A program made the translations under genes and the position numbers. Positions 26,701 through 38,462 of a stretch of DNA of 64,000 bases are shown here, piece by piece. The notes under the pieces are model-generated. The model had not been told where the DNA came from. It did no database searches and saw only the letters and a program-made list of their open reading frames with translations. The stretch comes from Cycas panzhihuaensis (taxonomy: Eukaryota; Plantae; Cycadophyta), in contig CM041465.1 of the NCBI GenBank assembly GCA_023213395.1, positions 210,001,741-210,065,740 of the forward strand. The letters run 5' to 3'. The stretch's first letter is position 1; every line of letters begins with the position of its first letter.

Positions 26701-29700
26701 AATCGTTCACAAGGTCAAAAAAACCCTCAGTCACAGCCTCGGTAGTCTCAAGACCAAGGGCCACCTCAACCAAAACCAAGACAGACAAGCCAAACCAGTA
26801 CCTCTTCAGGGATTAGCAATCAAACTATTTTGTGTGATCGATGTAATCGTAAAGGATACTTTGAAAAAGATTATAGAACCGATACTTGTAAGTTGGCCAG
26901 GTTCCAACCAAAACATAGAGCTCATAATGTTGAAGAAACTTGTGAAGAATTATTTAGTGGTGCAGGTTTTGTATAAGCACACTTTCAAAGAATTGAGAGA
27001 TCTTCAGCATCAAATGCCATTGACCAACCACATAGATACTTTAAAGCTCGATGCAAATATATCACTTGTGAATTCCCTTCACCAATGCCAAGTCCTATTA
27101 GAATTACAAATAGTGTTGCTTCAATCGATGGACAATGGATCATGGATACAAGAGCAAGTCAACATATGATATATAATCACAGTTTATATCAAAAATTTGA
27201 CTCAAATGTTCAAGGAGTTGTTCACATGGCTAACAAATCACAACCACCTATTGAAGGAATTGGCACCTAAAACTTCCAAGCTTAAGAGATTTTACATTGC
27301 TTGATATCCTATACATACCCAATCTCAAATAAAACCTGATGTCCTTATCCACACTTGTCTCTCATGGATTTAATCTGAGTATAACCACAAATGACCTGAC
27401 TCTCTAGGTCATTCACCCTCTAACTGATGGAGTGGTCTTGACTAGATATCTCACTAGCAAACACTTTTGACTAAATGGCTCTCTATCTTCTGAAGCTCAT
27501 TGTGCCCAAAGCCCTTATGTCAATGAAGAATTTACATTTAACACCATCTTGACTCACTAAACGTTGTTACTAGAAGCTCTTTGGCATGCTTGCATGGGCC
27601 ATGTTCACATTGATTAGAGATCTTTATAACACTCTTCTAAGTCTTCTAAAGTTCTCCTCTAAGCCCTTCAAATGTGAAGCTTGTATCATTACCAAATTTC
27701 ATCGACAACCCTTTCCCAAAAGTTTTTGGAAATCAAGCTATCCATTGCAATTGATACACTCTAATCTATGCAAACCAATGCATATTCCTTTACTAAAAGG
27801 CAAATTATATTACATCTCTTTCATTGATGATTTCACTAGAAAAGTATGGGTAGCTTTTCTACACAAGAAAGATGAACTCTTCTGTGTATTCAAAGAATTC
27901 AAAGCCCACACTAAAAATAAGTCAGATTATCAACTTAAATGTCTTCAAACTAATAATGGTGGTGAATATACCTCACATGAGTTTAAAAGTTATCTTCAGG
28001 ACAATGGCATCAAACAACAGTAGTAGGTACCCCACAGCAAAATAGAGTTACCAAGCGCATGAATAGGACAATCATGAAAATGGCTCGAGCTATGTTGGTA
28101 TACAAAAATATACATGCCTACCTATGGACCAAAGCCATCTAGATAGTTGTTTAATGCATCAAAGTTATTAGCCCATCAAAGGAAGAATAATCGCCTAATG
28201 AAAAGTGGTTAAGACAAGCCCCTATTATTCACTACTTCAAAATTTTTTGCTCTATATACTATGCCCATATTTTGGATGCAGATCGAAATAAACTCCAGCC
28301 AAGTACACTTAAAAGAATCTTTGTTAGATACCCTATGAACAAGAAAGGGTATAAGGTCTTTCTACCTTCACAATAAAAAATCATCATTACCAGAGATGTT
28401 ATTTTTACAGAAACAAAGGATTAGTTACTTACACTGGACTCTAAAATATCCTCACGCCATTACAATGATGTTATCAAGTATGGTGTTCAAATTCTAAAAT
28501 TTAGAGGGGGGGTACGCAGGACACACATAAATTACTCCAAATATTGGAAGTTGATAATAGATCCTTGGAGGATATAAGTTGTGACACTAAACTGATGATT
28601 GCACATCCAGCACCATCCTTTGAAGATAGTAGAGTTGACAAAGGCAAATCCATTATAGAAAAATCATCCTCTCCACCTTCAGTTGACAAAGGCAAAACAG
28701 TGGTAGAAGGACCATCTTCCTTAGACACATCAACATCCTCCTCATAAAATGATCATTTTAATAAATAAGATAAGAACCAAGAAGTTGAATGAAAGAGGAC
28801 CTCATTCCCAACTCGAGGATCTCGTGAAGCCCACCAGTTTAATAAGGACATATGACTAGACCAGGTGGGCAAAACTAGCACTTGAAGTGCCCAAAAAGCA
28901 AGGATGTAGGAATCATTATATACTAAGCTTAAACCGATAGAATTGCACCTTACTCTTAATAAAAATCCCCTCTCACACTAAGAAGCTATAAAACATACAG
29001 TTTGAAGAAGTGCAGTGAACGAAAAACACCAATCTCAATAACAATGGTACATGGGAGCTCGTTGATCTACCACTTGGCAGAAAAGTAATTCAAAATAAAT
29101 GGGTGTTCAAAAACAAATATAGATTAGACGATACCCTTAAAAAACACAAGATGAGGTTGGTAGCTAAAGGATTCACACAAAGAGAAGGTATTGACTACAC
29201 TTAAGGCTTTGCACTTATAACCAAGTGGCCTACAATTAGAACTCGTATGGCCTTGGCTACTCAACAGGGTTGAAAAATCCACCAGCTCGATATTAAGACC
29301 ATGTTTCTCAATGGGGATCTTGAAGAAGAAATTTATATGGCTCAACTAGAAGGATACGAGATCGAAGGTCAAGAGCATAAGGTTTGTAGGCTCAAAAAGT
29401 CCTTGTGTGGCCTTAAACAAGCCTCTTGTGCTTGGTTTGCCAAGTTGTCTAAAAGAATGTGGCAATTTAGATACAAAATTTGTGACTACCAAGATATTGA
29501 TACAATATTGTTCATCAAGCGCCAAAAGGACAAAGTCACTTATCTCATAATCTTTGTGGATGACATGCTAGTAGCGGGTAATAGTGAACAAGCAATAAGC
29601 CAACTGAAAAAGGACCTTGGTAAAATGTTTGAATTGTTTGACCTCGGTTTGATGAAATATTACTTGAAAATTAAAGTAACACAAAAGAATGAAAAAAATT

Positions 29701-31247
29701 TTCTCTCCCAAGAAAATACATCAACAATCTTCTAACCAAGTTTTAGTTAGAAGATACTCGACCAGTGGCTTTACCTATGGATCCTGATACCAAACTCTCA
29801 GCTAATGGTGACACTAAGGAGGTAGACACAATACTCTATAAGAAACTTGTAGGGAGTTCCATCTACACTACCAATACAAGGCCAGATATTGCACACTATA
29901 TCAGCATTCTTGCATGATTTATGATAAATCCTAAGCAAAATCACTAGCAGATTACAGTTTGAGTGTTAAAATACCTAAAGACAATCAACAAATTTGGTCT
30001 GTTATATGAACCTAATAATGAATTTAAGTTTTCTACATACATAGACTCAAGCTTTATAGAAGATAAAGATATAAAAATACCTACGTCTAGGTATGTAATA
30101 TTCCTTGGAATAGCACTAATATCATGGAGATCTAGACAGTAGAAGATAGTTGCTGATTTAACTGCTGAAGCTAAATACATTACTACTTCTAAGACCAGTA
30201 AGGAGGTGATATGGCTTAGAAAATTATTAGCAATATTGAATATCACCCAAACAAGTCTTACTAACCTTTGTGTGGATAATTAGTCAGCAATCTACATGGA
30301 AAAAAATCATATATTTCACGATCGTACTAAACACATAAATACAAAAGTCTACAAGATTAGAGAACTAGTATATGATGGCACAATTCAACTGAAATACTAC
30401 CCCACAATAGATCAAGTGGCCGATATCTTAACCAAATTACTACAAAGGGTGAAGTTTAAACAATTTCGACCTCCATCCTCCACTGATCAAAGAAGATGGT
30501 AACAAGATCATCATACTCTATTCTATTCATAAAAAACCCTTGTGGGTGCAGAAGAATAAGAGTAAGTCTCTGCTCTATCCTATTTGTGAAAACCCCATGT
30601 GGGCATAAAAGGATAAGGGTTGTACTGGTCTTAGAAAATTAAAACCTGTAGAAACTTAAAAGGGTATAGGGAATGACCAAATGATATATGGAGACTCAGC
30701 AAATCAAGCTATACATTTAAGTTGGTTGGCTATCAGGCTACATCAAGAGCCACCTTAGCTATTTTGATTTATGAAAGGGGTTATAGATCTTAGAAAGTTC
30801 GTGGGTTTTTATTTCCCATGAGGGTTTTCCTATAAAAGTGTCATTTAGAATTTCAATGTAATAATGAAGATCAAATGAATACCTCATAGAATAAATTTTC
30901 TAAAAATGACCTTCCACCATTAAAAAGAGAAGATCGAAAGAGGTTAATATATTAAGGTCATTTATGTAGATTAATTAAGTGACCTTAGGATATATTGTTA
31001 GAATTAGTCTCTTAGTGAGATGTGCTTTATGTGTATTTAGATGTAATTTCAGATTCATGTCATTAGACAAGAAAATCCTAACCCTCATACTCACCCTCAA
31101 TAATAAAGGGTGAAATCTTAATGAGGGAGTCATTATTCATCCTCACCTCTAAGTTTTTCTCTCATATCTTATTTTCATCTCTTTTTTATTCTCTGTTGCC
31201 ATTGTGTGCATGTGAGTGATTTATTTCCTAGATCCATCCTTCCTTCA
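23701..31247 (+). mobile_element. Full-length decayed Ty1/Copia element D
   Basis: LTRs 23701-24013 and 30935-31247. Canonical PBS tggtatcagagc (24016-24027). PPT aaaaagagaaga. TSD AAAGA/AAACA (one mismatch). Confidence 0.93.
25937..30502 (+). pseudogene. Copia gag-pol of D with all domains in order but disrupted
   Basis: WIMDTRASQHM, CEACIITKFHRQPF, FIDDFTRKVWV, TNNGGEY, FLNGDLEEEIYM, LIIFVDDML, RTKHINTKVYKIRE, QVADILTK. Confidence 0.93.
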
Positions 31248-33329
31248 AAACATAGGTCTCACATATGATTATTTATTTAATTAGTAATAATAGTTATAGG
31301 TTATTTATAAAACTAGGATCACTTATTAAAAAGTCGATTTCATATGCATTTTTGGTTACAAATTTAATCACCACATATGATAAGTGGCACAAAATATATT
31401 ACATATGTTACCTTGTTGTAACAAACTTCATAGAGCAGACGATATTCCATGTTCTTAGAGTTTATTGGTTTGATTGAATTGAAAGATATTGATTACTAAA
31501 TAAAGTTACAAGGGTTACCAACATATGAGCTTTCCATATCTCGTAGAATAAGAGTGGAGAAAATATTCACATAATGTTCTTTCTATAACATATTTATCTA
31601 GCCAAGTAGTTTGGCTTATTTTTTAAGTATGTTATTTTTTATTAATAAAGTTGATAAACCATATATGTGAAACTTCTCAAATGTCATTATAATTACACTA
31701 AATCACTTACTCATCCTCATACTCGTATCACATATAAGCATCAACTATCAAACCTATCTTTAAGTAAATATCATATCATCTCTCTCATATTTACAAGTGA
31801 TGAAATATGAGAGAGATGGTATAATATTTACTATTAGGAGAACAAGCATCTTTGTTAGGAATATTAATATTAGCTTTATGTTAATGTTAGTTTTATGTCA
31901 CATGTTAATATTGTAATTGTAAGTTATTAAAGTTTATTTTATAAAGTTTAAGTTAATTATTAGTTATTATGTAAAGGTCGATGAAATGAGCCACTGTCCA
32001 TTTCAACGAATCTCTCTTTCTTTAACAGCCTCTCCTAGATTCTAGGAATTGGTTCTAGGAATCTAGGAGGTTGTTATAAGCCTATCTGAAAGCTGGTTTC
32101 CATTCGTATGTAGAGGGTATTTCTATTGAAGTTTTATGTAAAGCTTTTAAGTCAATAAATTTTCAAATTAAAAGAGGTGGTTTTTCTTCCCATAAGGGGT
32201 TTTCCACCTATTAAAAATGTGTACGTGTGCAATGTCATTTGACACCTATGTATGGTTAATTCTTTGATCATATGATATTGTGCAAGCTACCTCTCTCTTT
32301 ACATGGTATCAGAGCTCGGTTTTCTGCTCTTGAATTGGGCCATTCATAAACAGTAGAGGCTCCTCTGATCTTTCCTCAATAAATTCTGTGTATAAATCAA
32401 AAGCAGGCAAGATTTCAAATGTTGTGACGATGCATGCAAGAGAACAATTCAAAAGACATAGTTATTGTCCTGTACAGATATGGATTAAGATCTATATGGA
32501 TCTATCTCTGTCTATCCGGCCAAATCATTAAGGACCTTGGAATTCACTAAAGGCATTCCTAATTCTCCTTGTGGCTGTGTTCCGAATTTGAAGAAAGAAA
32601 AACCATCTCTTCTACCATAGTACCTTTGTCTGCCTCTTCCTCCTCGGCAGCTTTGTAAGCAACCAATACGTCTGTTGAAAATACTCTAGAAAAGCATGGC
32701 AACACTACTTTGCTCTCCCTCCCAAACATGTATAAATTTCTCTTAACAGTTGATATTTGTCGACAACCAGTTCGTGCTGAGCTAACAAACCCTCTGTTTG
32801 AGAGCAGTAAGGATTGTCCCCTTTGGCCATTCATCCATTTCAAGGTGTTCGAGAAAATGTGTGATATCATTTGAACCCTGGAGGCATGTGAATCACTTCT
32901 GCAAGTTGTAATTCCTATATTCCAACTCCAGCTCTGGCTCAGGCTCCGAGCCATTCACCTCCTCCGCCTTGGCAACTTTGTCCACCTCTTCTTAGAAAAA
33001 GCTGACAGTGTAGCCTGACAGAGTAATCATTGCAAATGGACCTATTTTTGGATATGTGCTAATGAAAGAATTCTTAGAATTCCAATGCAACCGCTCTTAT
33101 GAAGACGGAGAACACAAACCAGATCCTCACCTCGCTGCAACGCCATCGTCGCTGCTCCTATGAAGAAGACGATGAACCAATCGCTGCCATGGAGAACATA
33201 CAGGTAGGGTTTTACTAACCTTCCTCCATAGACCCCAAATATCATTCAAAATTAAACTATTTTTAAAAATAAATAAATAAATAATAAAAATAAAATTAAA
33301 TCGGTCCCCAATAAACTCTACACCTCTCT

Positions 33330-33330
33330 T

Positions 33331-33389
<59 letters not shown>

Positions 33390-33450
33390 GTGTGTGTGTA
33401 TGTGTGTGTATGTATATATATATATATATATATGTACATGTATATATATA
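33330..33450. repeat. Compound (TA)n(TG)n(TA)n microsatellite in the leader of E
   Basis: Directly visible. Confidence 0.97.
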
Positions 33451-33597
33451 AACTAAACATAGTTAACCTTATGGCAATTATCTAATTAATTAAAACATAC
33501 TTTTTAAAGGGCATTCCTCTCTTATTTCTTAAATTGACCTAACATCAACCTCTGCTTCCTACATTTTAATATTAACATTAGCCCCCCTCCATTACTA

Positions 33598-36500
33598 TCT
33601 GAAATACTCTCAAGGAGAAATATGATAATGTTGATACACAACAATTGGTTGTCCTAGAACAGCAATTATATGACCTTAATTATGATGATTTTTCCAAAGT
33701 CAAAGATTTTTTATCCAAAATTCAACCAATTAATAAAGATCTAGGTAATTATATCAAAACTATAATTAAAGTAGGTGATGTAGAACAAATAGTCACACAT
33801 GCTAAAGATGACAATACGCTTGTTCGTCTTGTGATAAACAAACTATCAAAATATTTTAATCCTTTTAAGATTGCCAGGCAACAAGCTGGTAATCCTCTGA
33901 TAACTTTTAATTAGTTGATAAACTAACTGATAGAACATCAAATGATGTTAATTCAAATAGGTAAATTGAAAGATCTTTCTCAGGCTTTCTTTTCTAAATC
34001 TAAGCTTAAAAACAAAACTAAACATCAGAACAACTTTAATAGTAATCCAAAATTCCAAAAACCTCATAAAGGTCCACCTCCTAGTTCTCAAAATAATACT
34101 AAGTATTTAGGTCTACCTAAATATCAAAATACTTCTAATTAGTCTCTTCCAAAACGGAACATTGTTGATCCTTCTCAGAATATTAGTTGTGCCTACTACT
34201 ATAAAAAATTCCACACTATTGATGTCTGTAGAAGTAGAATAGCTTCAAAAGCCTGGAAAGCTTCCAAGGGATTGTAAACTTGGCCACAATCTCATAATCG
34301 TTCTTTAACAGCAAGAACTTATGTATTTGTTTCTCCATTTAATCAATCACCTCAATGAATTCTTGACTCTGGTGCTTCCCATCATATGACAGGACACCAG
34401 AAGAATTTATCTACTTATCAATCTGATACTAACTCTGAAGAAGAGATTTCTTTTGGGAGTGGATCCCAACTCAAAGTAAAAGGATCAGGTGATGTCACTT
34501 TGAAAGATGGTTCAATCAAGGATGTCTTCTACGTGCCTGGTTTGTTACCAAACTTTCTCTCTGTTTACCAAATCTTCCAAAAAGACCTTGTTGTCAAATT
34601 CTAGATAGATAAATTTATTATTAAAGAACCATTAAACAAATTCAAATATATTTCCTCTAGACCTATTAATCATAAAATAGATCTCTATAGCTTAACTAGT
34701 TTACAAAATACCAAAACAAAGTCCTTTAGTGCCTTTATAGCCAAATTTGACCGAGTCAATAAATTATGGCATGCACGGTTTGGCCATACTAGCTATGGCA
34801 AACTTCACTATCTAAAAAGACATGATATGGTTCATGGTCTTCCTACCCTAAATAATGTTTATGATATCTATGAAGCATACATAATAAGTAAGTAACATAT
34901 GGATCCCTTTCTATATCAGACTCAATTCAAAGCGAATGTTCCACTTAAACTTGTTCACTCTGATATATGTGGATCATTTCATGTAACTTCATATTCTAGC
35001 TATCGTTATTTTATCACGTTTATTGATGATTTTTCAAGAAAATGTTGGGTGTACACACTCAAGACTCATAACTAAGTGTTTGACATCTTCACTGAATTAA
35101 AAACACTTGTAGAAAATCAATCAAACTCAAAAATTTAAATTTTCAGATCTGATAATGTTAAAGAATACTTAAGTGGAAAATTCACCTCCTTTTGTAAAAG
35201 ACATGGAATTTAATTTCAGCATTTTATTGCCTATACTTCTCAGTAAAATGGTGTTGCTAAATACAAGAACCGTACTCGTTGAAATGACTCGATACATGTT
35301 ATATACAAAAAGTCTTAACTTAAAGTTGTGGGCAGAAGTAATTGCTTGCTCCAACTATCTTTTAAACCATTTATCTAGTAAATCTTTACAAAACATTACT
35401 CCATAACAAAAATGGTCTAGACGAAAACCCTTAGTTGAACATTTGAGAATTTTTACAAGTACTGCGTAGGTACATGTTCCCAAAGAAAAACACAAGAAAC
35501 TAGATCCTAAAAGTCAAAATATATCTTTATTAAATACAGTGAAGAGAGTAAAGCTTACAGACCTTTAGATTTAGTCACACATAAAATATCAATTTTGCAT
35601 GATTTAATATTTGATGAAGAAGGATCCTTTTCAACCTCTACTTATGTAGAATTTCTTATTGAAAATCTGTTAACCAACACCTATTTGGTTAACTCTCTGA
35701 AAAATAAGTTGACCATGAGACTATAGAATCCTTATCCACACAAGTCTATAATTAGACTCTATCAGAACCAACTGCAATAAATCCTTCTTCTCAAACTAGT
35801 TCTTCATCTCAACCCATGACTACAGAAACAGTCGCAAACAAACAACCCGTATGGGCAAAGAAAACACTTTCTGATGCTGGATTTGATGTAGGTAATCCTT
35901 TAGATACCAAGAAAACATGTTCTCAAAAATTACAAATTAATTATGTACTAATAGCCAAAATAATAGCTAGTGATGATCCTAAAACTTTTAAACAAGCAAG
36001 CAACAATCATATATGGTAATAAACCATGTAAATTGAAATTAATACCTTAAACAAGAATTCAACTTGGGATCTTGTTTCACTTCTACTAGAGAAAAATATA
36101 GTTGATTGTAAATGGATTTATAGAACCAAATATAATTCAACAGGCATTGTTGAAAAATATAAAGCTCGCCTAGTTGTGAAAAGATTTTGTCAAATCAATG
36201 GTATAGACAATAATGAAATATTTGCTCATATTGCAAAGATTAATACTATTAAAACGATTATTTCTCTAACAACTAAATTTAGCTGGGAAATCCATCAAAT
36301 GGATGCCAAAAATGCATTTCTAAATGGCGATCTTAAAGAAGAGATCTACATGACTCAATCGCCTAGTTTTATTGACAACCCTAACTTAGTTTATAAACTA
36401 AAGAAATCAATCTATGGATTGAAACAAACTCTTCGAGCTTGGTATGCGAAAGTTAATAACTATCTAATTCAAATTGGATACACTAGATGTATCAGTGATC

Positions 36501-37521
36501 CAAATTTCTATTTCAAATGTGAAAATGAGAATCTTACCATATTAATCCTGTATATCGATGATATTATCATCACTGAATCTCAAATAATAGCATTCATCAA
36601 TTAAAAACAACCTTGATAAATAAATTCAAAATAACTGATCTAGGTCTTCTACACTATTTTTTCAGATTACAAATTTACCAACATAATTCAAAAATAACCA
36701 TATCTCAATCAAAATATATTTTAGACCTAATCAAACGGTTTAACATGAAAAATGCTAAACCAGTTTCTAATCATTTACAATCAGGAGTAAAATTATCTAC
36801 TAATTGTTCCACACCCTTGTGTGATCTAACTTTATATAGCCAGCTTATTGGCAGCATTATTTATTTAACACATACTCGACCTAATATATCCTATGCTGTT
36901 ACTTTATGTTCACGATATATGAAAAAATCACATGAATCATACTAGAAAGTTGTTAAACGTATTCTTTGATATCTTTAAAATACTATTTTTTATGGTCTAA
37001 CTTGTAATTCTTGCAGTAATCCTCTAACCTTAACAGGGTATACTGATTTAGATTGGGCAAGTGACTCAAATGATCGTAAGTCAACAACAAGTTATGTATT
37101 TTTTCTAAATTTTTTATCTATCACATGGTCTAATAAAAAAATGCAAGTTCTAACTCTATCAACAACTGAAGTTGAATATCGAGCACTTGTTGAAGCAAGT
37201 AAATAAGTACTTTGGATCAAATATCTCTTAAATGAAATTGGTCAGTTTCCTAACTTTTTTATAGAAATTAAAGTTGATAATTAAGGTGATATTACTATTG
37301 CTACTAATCTAGTTACTCATTCTAGAACTAAACATATAGAATTGCATCAATATTTTATTCGTAATCTTATTACTGATAATATTATTTATTTATCTTATTG
37401 TCCTACAGATCTACAGGTTACTAATATCCTTACCAAATCATTGATTGAAGTAAAGTTTTTAAACCTGTGAGATTTGTTAAAAATAAATGAAGTCTCCATC
37501 AAAGGGGGATCAACATGGTGA
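33598..37521 (+). pseudogene. Copia gag-pol of E (gag N-terminus missing, disrupted)
   Basis: ILDSGASHHMTG, LWHARFGH, FIDDFSRKCWVY, HQMDAKNAFLNGDLKEEIYM, LYIDDIII, TRPNISYAV, RTKHIELH. Confidence 0.93.
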
Positions 37522-38462
37522 AGACCTTCTTTATCTTCTATATTATATAAAAGCTAACATTAAAGGGGGATGTTAGGAATATTAATGTTAGCTTTATGTT
37601 GATGTTAGTTTTATATCACATGTTAATATTGTAATTGCAAGTTATTAAAGTTTATTTTATAGAGTTTATGTTAATTATTAGTTGTTATGTAAAGGTCGAT
37701 GAAATAAGCAACTGCCCATTTCAATGAACCTCTCTTTCTTTAATAGTCTCTCCTAGATTCTAGGAATTGGTTCCATGAATCTAGGAGGTTGTCATAAGCA
37801 TGTCTGAAGGTTGGTTTCTATTCGTATGTAGAGGGTATTTCTGTCAAGATTTTATGTAAAGATTTTAAGTCAATAATTTTTGAAATTAAAATAGGTGGTT
37901 TTTCTTCCACAGAAGGGGTTTTCCACCTATCAAAAATATGTACATGTGCAATGTTATTTGGCACCTATGTATGGTTAATTCTTTGATCATATGATATTAT
38001 GCATGCTACCTCTCTCCTTACAATGTTGAAGATAGGTCTGATGATTGGTATTTATGAGTGATATAAGAACATAAATGAGTAGGTAATCCAACATGGTTAT
38101 GAAGATATTTTAAAATTTTTCCAGATTAAATATTAAGGAGTATTGGAATATTACATTCCACAAAAGTTTATAATATGTTTAATTAATGGTTGACAAGTCA
38201 TTAGTTGATGTAAAGATTCTCACACATGATTTAAATGGTTGATATATCGATACACAATCATTGGTTGATGGTGTTTATATATTTTATTATATATATATAT
38301 ATAAGGTAATAGATTTATAAATATATACATATATCAAAAGCATAGTTGAGATAATTAAGAGAGAGCCAAGCTCCACCCTTCTCATGTGGTTTTTTCTATT
38401 GCATAAATTTGGTGTCTCATGATGATAGTTTTATATTATGTGTATGTTATATTGATGTGTAT

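Larger units (their letters stand above)
31853..38022 (+). mobile_element. Ty1/Copia element E
   Basis: LTRs 31853-32303 and 37571-38022, both TG...CA. PBS tggtatcagagc (32304-32315). PPT aaaggggga (37562-37570). TSD ATCTT/ATGTT (one mismatch). Confidence 0.95.
18369..38462 (+). mobile_element. Outer non-autonomous LTR element C hosting B, D and E; 3' LTR truncated
   Basis: 5' LTR is 18369-18720 plus 22388-22581 (split by B), followed by PBS tagtatcagagtg (22582-22594). The 3' LTR 38141-38462 matches 18369 to ~18705 and follows the purine tract aaggag. No recognisable coding domain in the ~1.8 kb of its own internal sequence. Confidence 0.78.

Noticed and set aside
32032-32069. Heat-shock element in the E LTR palindrome (ctcctagattc...gaatctaggag)
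   Set aside because: The 11-bp inverted repeat is real, but the spacing is TTCnnnGAA rather than the TTCnnGAA of heat-shock elements.
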